A stretch of 56,915 bases of DNA, filler included, from Trichosphaerium sp. ATCC 40318 (taxonomy: Eukaryota; Protista; Tubulinea), in the NCBI GenBank assembly GCA_038496445.1. It is 2 parts of 2 records of this genome, joined end to end, with 100 filler letters (N's around TTAATTAATTAA, not from the genome) between each part and the next. Parts side by side here need not be neighbours in the genome. Positions count along the whole stretch, not along the records: positions 26,786 to 56,915 come from JALMLS010000558.1; 1 more part is not named here. One strand, given 5' to 3'. Positions 49,071-56,915 of this stretch are shown here, piece by piece (position 1 is the first letter of the stretch; each line of letters starts with the position of its first letter). The translations under genes were made by a program, and so were the position numbers. A model generated the notes under the pieces. That model had not been told where the DNA came from. It ran no database searches and saw only the letters and a program-made list of their open reading frames with translations.

Positions 49071-50038
49071 TCAGTATTCGCTAGCAAGCACACTATTTTG
49101 CATTTGCTGTTGGTTCAATAGCCATATTTTTCTTTCGCTTTTTAATAGCTCGTTTTCTTCTTGAACGTCGCTAAACATAACCAATAAATCCAAGTACATT
49201 TGCTGCCAATCACTCTCTTGTTATTCAAGAATGTTAGTTACATAATGATAAAGGTTGTTTGTACCATGGGAATAGGAAGTGTCGATTGCCATTGGGTCTG
49301 GTGAGTTACCTTTGGAAGGATTGGAAAGTTGTTCAAGGCACTGAACGTTGGGTTGATATTGATCTTTGACGACATACTCGCCTTTGTACTAAGGATTAGA
49401 AGATTCAAAAGTACAGCTTATTGGCACGTACCAGTAAAACAGTTGTAAAAGTATCCATTCTGGGGTGTTACAAGTTCCAGTATTGTATGTTCTTGTAGAA
49501 AAACATCACCGCATGCTTGTATATTTTTAAACCCTAAGAGTTGATAAGTCAAGCTTAGATTTGCCTTAAAATGTTAAGTACCGTTTATTTGCGCTTGTCT
49601 TACAAGTGACAGAGCACTTACTTCATAGTTTGAATTCATATCAGGAACTTTAGGATGAAACACAACCAGTTCACACAACTCCTCGCCGCTACAAAGAACC
49701 CACTTGAAAACCACACGCTTACCCTTTACAATGAATTAATGGTTTGTTTAAGGGTTTATTAGTAAACACGTGCCGGACAAGTGGACTTGATACAATATTT
49801 GTACATGTTAGTAGTTGTTGTCTTGCGATTCGTATACTTTTGGAAAATTTCATCGTAGGTCTGTTTATTGATGTAAATAATCCAGCCCTTTTGGCGTAAA
49901 CCGCATTCAAAGACAACCTATGTGTGACTGTATTAGCATAGGAGAATTGAGGAACCGTACATCACATTGTTTAGCAAGGTGTCTATAACCCTTTGCTGCA
50001 GTTAAAATAATCTTGAAGATAGTTTGTCTCCTACTCAT
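49071..50038 (-). CDS. Uncharacterised protein, paralog B, 6 exons
   Basis: MSRRQTIF...YRHLAKQCD|VVF...KGWIIYI...NMYKYCIKSTCP|GKRVVFK...VVFHPKVPDM...SLVRQ; splices in frame using a GC donor at 49773. Confidence 0.65.
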
Positions 50039-52252
50039 GCGTTGTTGTTGGAAAGTGAAAAACAAAAAAATAGTGTAAAAGTGGTTTGGTTCACATTTTT
50101 ACTTCGGAGGCTAAACAATTTTTGAATAATACCAAATCCTGGTGGCCACAATGATTTTTTTAGCGAGAACAAGTTCTATGCGAAGCCACATCAAGTAAGG
50201 ATGGTATTTTGTATACAACCAAAATTTTGTTGAATAGAACCCTAAATTCTTTATAAAAAACTCCCACAATGAAAAAACCAAACAACTGGCTGAAGTGACT
50301 CTATTTGTGTTATGGTAACTGTAAAAAAAACTAAACGGAGCTTTGTAGTAGCGTTGTATTGATATTGTGAGTTAACCATTCTAAAACAGAGGGAAAAAAA
50401 AAAGTAAACCAACGGTTTTTTTTGTCGTTTCATTTGAAAAATAGATAAATTGCTGCAAACAGTTGTACCGTTACTAACACAAGGTTTACCTTGTACTAAC
50501 GCAGTTGGCAAAAGCCACGCTGAAGCCTGTCATTGTGCAGATTGAGTTTTAGTACACGATTAAAAGCAGACAGCTTTATACATATTCTTGATGTGTAACC
50601 TGTTGAATTTGGCTATAAAGTGGGTAGAGAATTATCACTTGTTTGTGATAAATATGGTATTTATCCCGCTAGTAGGGCGGGTATGGCCAAATTACTTTCT
50701 GACAATACAGTTTTTTTCTAGCAAAGAAAGAAAACTATGTTCTGCCACGGTAAACTCAAAACATAGAAAGTTGTGAGCAAAGTAAAAGTGACGTTACAAT
50801 TTTGCAGTGGTAGCTTTTTGTGCACAACAGGGGAAAACAGCACGAAATATTAATAGTATTCTCCGAACAAAAGGATGTTTAGTAAGAATTTTCAGCCTAC
50901 ATGGCATCATACTTTTTTCTATGAACTTGGTGAAACAAGAATCGCAAACAATAGCTAGAGGTTACCAGTGTTTTCCTATCTTTTTGGTAATCTCGGTGGT
51001 AATTTACTCCGAGATTATATGCTCACTGCAATGAAACACATTCCAGTTGGCTTTTTTTTGTAAAATGAAAACAAACACACTATTTTGTACTCCAAACACA
51101 TGGAAAGGTTTTTTAAGGCGTAATCTATGTGATTACTAAAAAGTTTAGAAAATCACATTTATGTTACTTGAAACAATTGCTCACAAAAACAAAGTTCTCT
51201 TACAGGTAAAACGCCAAGTTGTAATACTGTAGCCATGCACAGAGCGTAAAGCACTGGTCGTGTATTCTTACCGCACAACTTTCTCAAACACTCGTCATAC
51301 TTCAAATTGAAGAGCTCCAGTGGGTCCTAGATTACAAAACATGAAGGTTAGCCTCGCTGTATTTGTTGTAAAAACACCTAACTTTGAATTAAAAAAAAGA
51401 ACAAAAAAAGATTTGTGTGGTTTCGGAAACGGAGGGATCCATCACGTGATTAAAAACGTGACAACTACGCCGCTAATACAAACGCATGGAAAAAGCTCAC
51501 AGTTCTATATAAAAGGTTTTACTATGTGCATGGCTTAAAAGAACCTAAACGTGTAAAACAATTACCAGGAGGTTTTTAATACAGTTTTGTATAACCAGCC
51601 TTTTAATGAGTTTTGACACACGGATTTTTTTTGTACCTTTACACAGAGAATTTTCAAGCGAAAAAAAGATCGAAACGGCTTCTACACACCATTTTTGAGG
51701 ATGTAGATGGTATGGTTTGTCATTTTTCCAAAAAAGCACGCACGTATCGTTGATTGTGAACAAGCCACTTTTTTACCCTCGCTGATAGTACGAGCCATAA
51801 TAATGAATATATATGTCGACGCAGCAGAATAAGAACATTCCGGCGGTTTTTTTTTGTGCGTGAAGAAAAAAACAAGCGTAGTAATAAAAACTAATCTTCA
51901 GACGCACTAATTTGTACTCAAAAACAGTTGGAAAGGGTTTTTAGAAGGTATAAAAAAACCGTTACAATTTTTTTCAATACTAGCGTACTCTCACTCCAAA
52001 ACCGCTCACGTTCGCGGTTATACGTTGATGTATACGTAACAATTACGGCTATACCAAAGTTTTTCCTGCTGTTTGTAATATGGCGACGCACATAACGAAT
52101 GTTGAGAAAGAAGATAGCGTCTGGCATATTTTTACACTTTAGGCCTATCAAAAAAATTGTTACACGTGACAATAAAATAGCAGTACCTAGATAACAGCTG
52201 TATATCACTATCTCACCATAAATTAAAACTGGCACAATAGTAAGGGTATACT

Positions 52253-55200
52253 TTACTGATGAGTTGTAATTATAGCACTATGCGATGACAACCCCGGAGA
52301 AGTTGCTGTAACAACAATAGTCCCAGAAGTAAAATCGGCTTGAACAATTGCACGTGATAAACCATTGAATGAAGATCTCTTTGTCGCTTTATCTGGCTCA
52401 TGACAACTAGGGTCTCCATTACCAACACCAATTATTGAACCTGGTCCAGTAATAGCGAATGAAATCATATTACTGGCAGTTGGTACAACTCTTCCGACGT
52501 CATCAACAACAGAAGCCTAAAATTCTCATACGTAAGCCATAAAAAAAAACCTGTTGTTCGTCTATTCTTACAGATATCATCGCTGAATCCTGTCCATCTG
52601 CTTTTATTCCACCGCCTCCGACTTCAACCACCAGTTTTATACTATGTGGCACACCGGTCGTCTAGAAAAAATAAAAACAAAAAAAAAACTGCAACATTAC
52701 GATTTTCTCACCTCTACTGTTTCTGAAGAAACTTGTGTTCCACTCCCATCGTAGCCTTTTGCTGATATACTACCTTTTTCGTATAAAACACTCCATGATA
52801 CATGTCCATAAATAGGAACGTCTTTTTTGCCTTGAGAAGCACCTACAAAATAACAGTTAATAAGCACAACTTTAGTTCTGTTGAGCGGTTACCATTGATG
52901 AATAGCTCAACTGACTTGGCATTTGAGTACACCCACACAGGCCTTATAGAACCGCTGTTAGTTAGACACCTATCGCCTGCTGCGCCTGAAACGATTGTTT
53001 GACCTTTCAAAGTCCATTTTTGATTTGATCCTTCATCGCACGTGTACACACCAACCTCAAGTGATTTTAGTTTGTTTCTTTATTTGCTTTTTAAACGTAC
53101 GTTTGGTCCTTCTCCTGAATCCCAAAGATCCATACAACCACCATTAGCAACGTTTTTAAATGATCCGCCTTTTTCGTGAGTGAAAAGCTGGTTTTTATCG
53201 TCTAGTTTACATTCCACAAGTGTCAATGGGTCACAGCCCTTAGATACGTCATTGCATGTAGCATCAACACACATGCCAGAGCTATGCTGGATAGTTCCTA
53301 GAAATATTTAAGAGCTATGCGAGGCAAGAAAAAGGAAAGACTGTTTTGCATACCTGCGGATCCTTCACTTCCTGAGAAAGTAAATGCTTGCTCTTTGGAG
53401 AATGATCCACATAAAACAGCGCTTAAATGAAGTGATGATGAAGCTTTCAATTCATTCCAATGAGGAAAGATATGTAACACAGGCTCAGAAGTCCACCAAG
53501 ACTACAAATAATAAAGTCAACTTAATTCTTTAGGTTTCCAAAGTCTTTTCTAATTTCGTACTTGGTAGTACCAAAAGGCGTCCTTTGGAAATCCAGCTAA
53601 ATCTATAGCGCCAAAGTTGCTATTAACACAAGGCCAATTGTAAGGCGTTGGTTCACCTTGACTTGTTAGAAATGCGGTTTTTTGTAGTTTTGTTTAGTGG
53701 TTACCTTTGTAATCGAATCCTGTCCAAGCAAATCCTCCGGCGATAAAATCACGTGTTGAATCTACGGTCCACCAATTTTGCATGCAACTATCAGCAGAAA
53801 ATACAGATTTATGTGCCGCAGTATCATTTGTAACATAAATACCTCTTGCACACGTGCAACTTGCTGTCTCGCTCTAACGAAATGAGAATATTTCTTCTTG
53901 CTAATAGGCCAGCTGGACGTACTTGAATCATAGGTTTATCTGGATATGTTTTATGATACACATCCAGTTCTTCGTAATTATAGTTGACACCTTGAACATC
54001 CATAACCTGAGGAAGAATGGTAAGTATTCTGCGGTTTTTTTTTTATTGTTACCTTTGGTCCCCATCCGTAGAGTAAGTCTTGTAACTTTGCATTCCAGGC
54101 ACCACTTACTGGCCTTGTATCGTCTATTTTATCGATAATAGACTTAAGTTCCATGGCAATATCTAGAGCTTTGGTATCATTGGCTGCCTCCGAGCAACCT
54201 ATTTTTAAATGTCTTTAGTGAGTTCTTAGAAATCAAAGTAGCTCATATAACCTACCTCCTTCGTTACACAATGACCAAATTATAATCGAAGGATGATTTC
54301 TATCCCTATGAGGTAACACAGCAACATCAGATAAATACTGAGATGTATCACCAAAGTTTCTATTCTCATCCCAAACCAGCATACCTTAAAAAAACGTGTT
54401 TGTTTCACAAGGTGATGTTTACGAAGTACCATTTTCGTCCGCGAAATCCAAGAGTTCTGGATTTGGAGGATTATGTGACATTCTCCATGCGTTAGCACCC
54501 ATTGACATTAATTTTTGAACCCGGAATAAGTTGATACGATCAGGTACAGCTGTTCCAACACCAGCAAAGTCTTGATGATTGCAAAATCCTAGCAGTTTAT
54601 TATTAAAAAGGAATGACATGATTCATCGCTACCTTTGACTTTTACAGATTGATCGTTGAGTATCATACCTATAAAATAATCAATACTAGTGGCGCTTGTA
54701 GGAACGGTTTTTTTACATGTACTGGTGCAAACCACAGAAGACCTGTTTTAAATTAAAAGTTTGAGATGTACCTTTATCTTTATCAAAAACTACTTTGCGT
54801 ACACCTACGCGAGTACTGACTTCGTCTATGCTAGAAGCCCCATTCATGATACTACTTACTAAGGTGTACAGATATCCATCTCTGACATGCCATAGATTCA
54901 CCTTCAAAGAGATGAGTTAGTAAAACAACTTCAAAAAAAAAAACATATCTCACGCACATCTTTCATAGTCATTGTCAATACTGCCGTGGTTGTGCCTTTT
55001 GGACCCAATTGAATGGACTTCGTTGTATTCGATCCAACACTCTTCATTTGAGCATCTTTAATAGATGTAGAAAGCTATCACCACAGTTAGATCAATGAAA
55101 AACACGAATCTAAAAATGTACTGTGAAAGTTTCCGTTGATGAACCGTCGTTGATAATGTCTATGCTGATATCAAACATCGCACTACTTGAAACAAGTCCA

Positions 55201-56661
55201 TTTGCAGTACTAGAAATAGTACCAGTCACCCGAGATTTAGCATAACTACAAAGTGAAACATTAGAATTTCAGTCAGATTCAAAGTGCTTTTGAGAAAAAA
55301 CGTACACTCCCCAAGGTACAACATGTAAAGGATTCGCTGTAGTTAGCCATACATGCCTGTATACACCACCACCTTCATACCTAATTGGTAGAGTGAGAAA
55401 ATTCATCTATAAAACTGACTGTTATCAACATTATATACAACGCACCACCATCCTTCATTGTGTGTTGAGTCTACTTTTATAGCTAGTACATTAGGACCAT
55501 CATACCGTAAATAATCTTGGATGTAGTATCTGAAACTAGTGTATCCAGACGGGTGATTTCCTAGTTCCCAAATAAATACAGTAAGCTTGAAATCTGTGTA
55601 CAACAAAACGAAAAAAAAACACAAATTGTACCGAGAAGATGTCCGTTCAAGTAAGCTGTACTATCACGGTACACACCATCAAAATCCAACCAAATCGTTT
55701 GACCTTTAGAATCAGAAGGCGCATTAAATGTCTTTCTGTACCAAGCGATACCCTACAAGCAACTGTTAAATCTGTAAGTTGCTAGTGCCAAACGTGACGT
55801 ATAAGTCAAACGGAAAAGTTGAAGTAAAAAGTGGAATTGTGCTTTGGCTTGTTTCAATTTTTCCCGCTTTGTCTCCTGAAGAACTTCGTAGATTGTACCT
55901 TTGGTAGGTACCCATGACTCCTGTCACCATTCTTGTTAAATGTTCCCTCTATTACAAAATCGTGTGGTACGTTCAAAGACCTCCAAGATGAATCATTAAA
56001 ACCAGGCATACAATATGGATCACCACATGTTTGATTATTCAATGGAGGTTTTACAGTTCTCCCTTTTGAAACCCATCCCTTACCCAGTTTACAATCCGCC
56101 GTACTACCTACCCAGCAAGTCCCAGCAGGCGTACACTCAGTAGATCCTGGTGGACACCTACGAAACAGTTTAGTACCACGTGACCTATTAACTCACAACA
56201 AATATGTACCACTGCCACGTGCCGCATTCTACATCTGCGCAACAGGCGTATCGACACTCATCTACATTTTTCGCTGCGTTGTATTGAGAAAGGCCAAAAC
56301 ACTGCGTATCGTTCATGTCGATCGGAAATGTACTCGAAGGGCATACAACAGTCTTTTTCAACAGATAAAACTTCCATCTGCGACAAAATAATATTAGCAC
56401 GTGATTTTAAGCGTTAAAAACGTGTTGGAGTGCGATTAACGAACTGAAAGAATCAGTGATAAACCGTTAGAAAAGTTTTGCGTTCACCAAAGATCAACCC
56501 AAAAGCGAATCCAAATAAATAGACAAACAATACTCCAGAGTGGTATTAACATACCCAAAGTCAAAACTAGATCGCTGGCGACCTGATACAGCTTTTGCTG
56601 AGCTTGAAGCTATAATCAACGTTACCAAGCAGCAATATAGTAATACTGTAATGCGGAGCAT
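52253..56661 (-). CDS. Secreted glycoside hydrolase family 2 beta-galactosidase with Cys-rich and ricin-B-like inserts, multi-exon
   Basis: Signal peptide; [78 protein letters not shown]. Confidence 0.92.
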
Positions 56662-56915
56662 GCTTATGGAAAGAGCAACACTTAAACTCAATGTACCTTT
56701 GACTTAACGGTACGTTACATAAAACAGCCTGTAAACCAAGTCTCCAGAGACCCACGTGATTGCGCTTGAGTTTCCGAAGTGTGATCATTCTTGTGGTTGT
56801 CTAAGGTGGTCGAGTCGGTGTGTTTCTAACACCCAAAAACAGTTTTAAAATTATGTTTTATTATTACTTATTTCTTTTACACTAAATTGGTGAATGCATA
56901 CCAAGCCTTGTATCA

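Noticed and set aside
50100-52240. Short ORFs and a ~38-bp imperfect repeat (near 51078 and 51905)
   Set aside because: Low-complexity AT-rich intergenic sequence with no consistent gene or element boundaries.

Overview
AT-rich, intron-dense eukaryotic genomic DNA, not prokaryotic. Introns are mostly 40-200 nt with GTA/GTG-type donors, and the gene content suggests a free-living amoeba or protist (inference). The ORF track therefore shows mostly exon fragments; gene models below were spliced by eye. Housekeeping genes: 2OG-Fe(II) dioxygenase, dual-specificity phosphatase, CCT-zeta chaperonin, PTEN-like phosphatase, CDK11-like kinase, GH2 beta-galactosidase. They are interleaved with fast-evolving accessory content: four F-box/LRR paralogs (one fused to MORN-variant repeats, two differing mainly on the LRR binding face), an F-box/NHL gene, two PARP-like ADP-ribosyltransferases with different N-terminal modules, a complete piggyBac-type element whose transposase has a SAP-PHD-SAP cassette inside its catalytic core, a complete DD35D pogo element, two MITEs, a decayed segmental duplication, a degenerate Rho GTPase, an RTX-repeat pseudogene with introns, a paralog pair with an unrecognised domain and GC-AG introns, a duplicated structured non-coding unit, and a tRNA arranged 3'-half before 5'-half. 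There is one artificial 100-bp scaffold gap.
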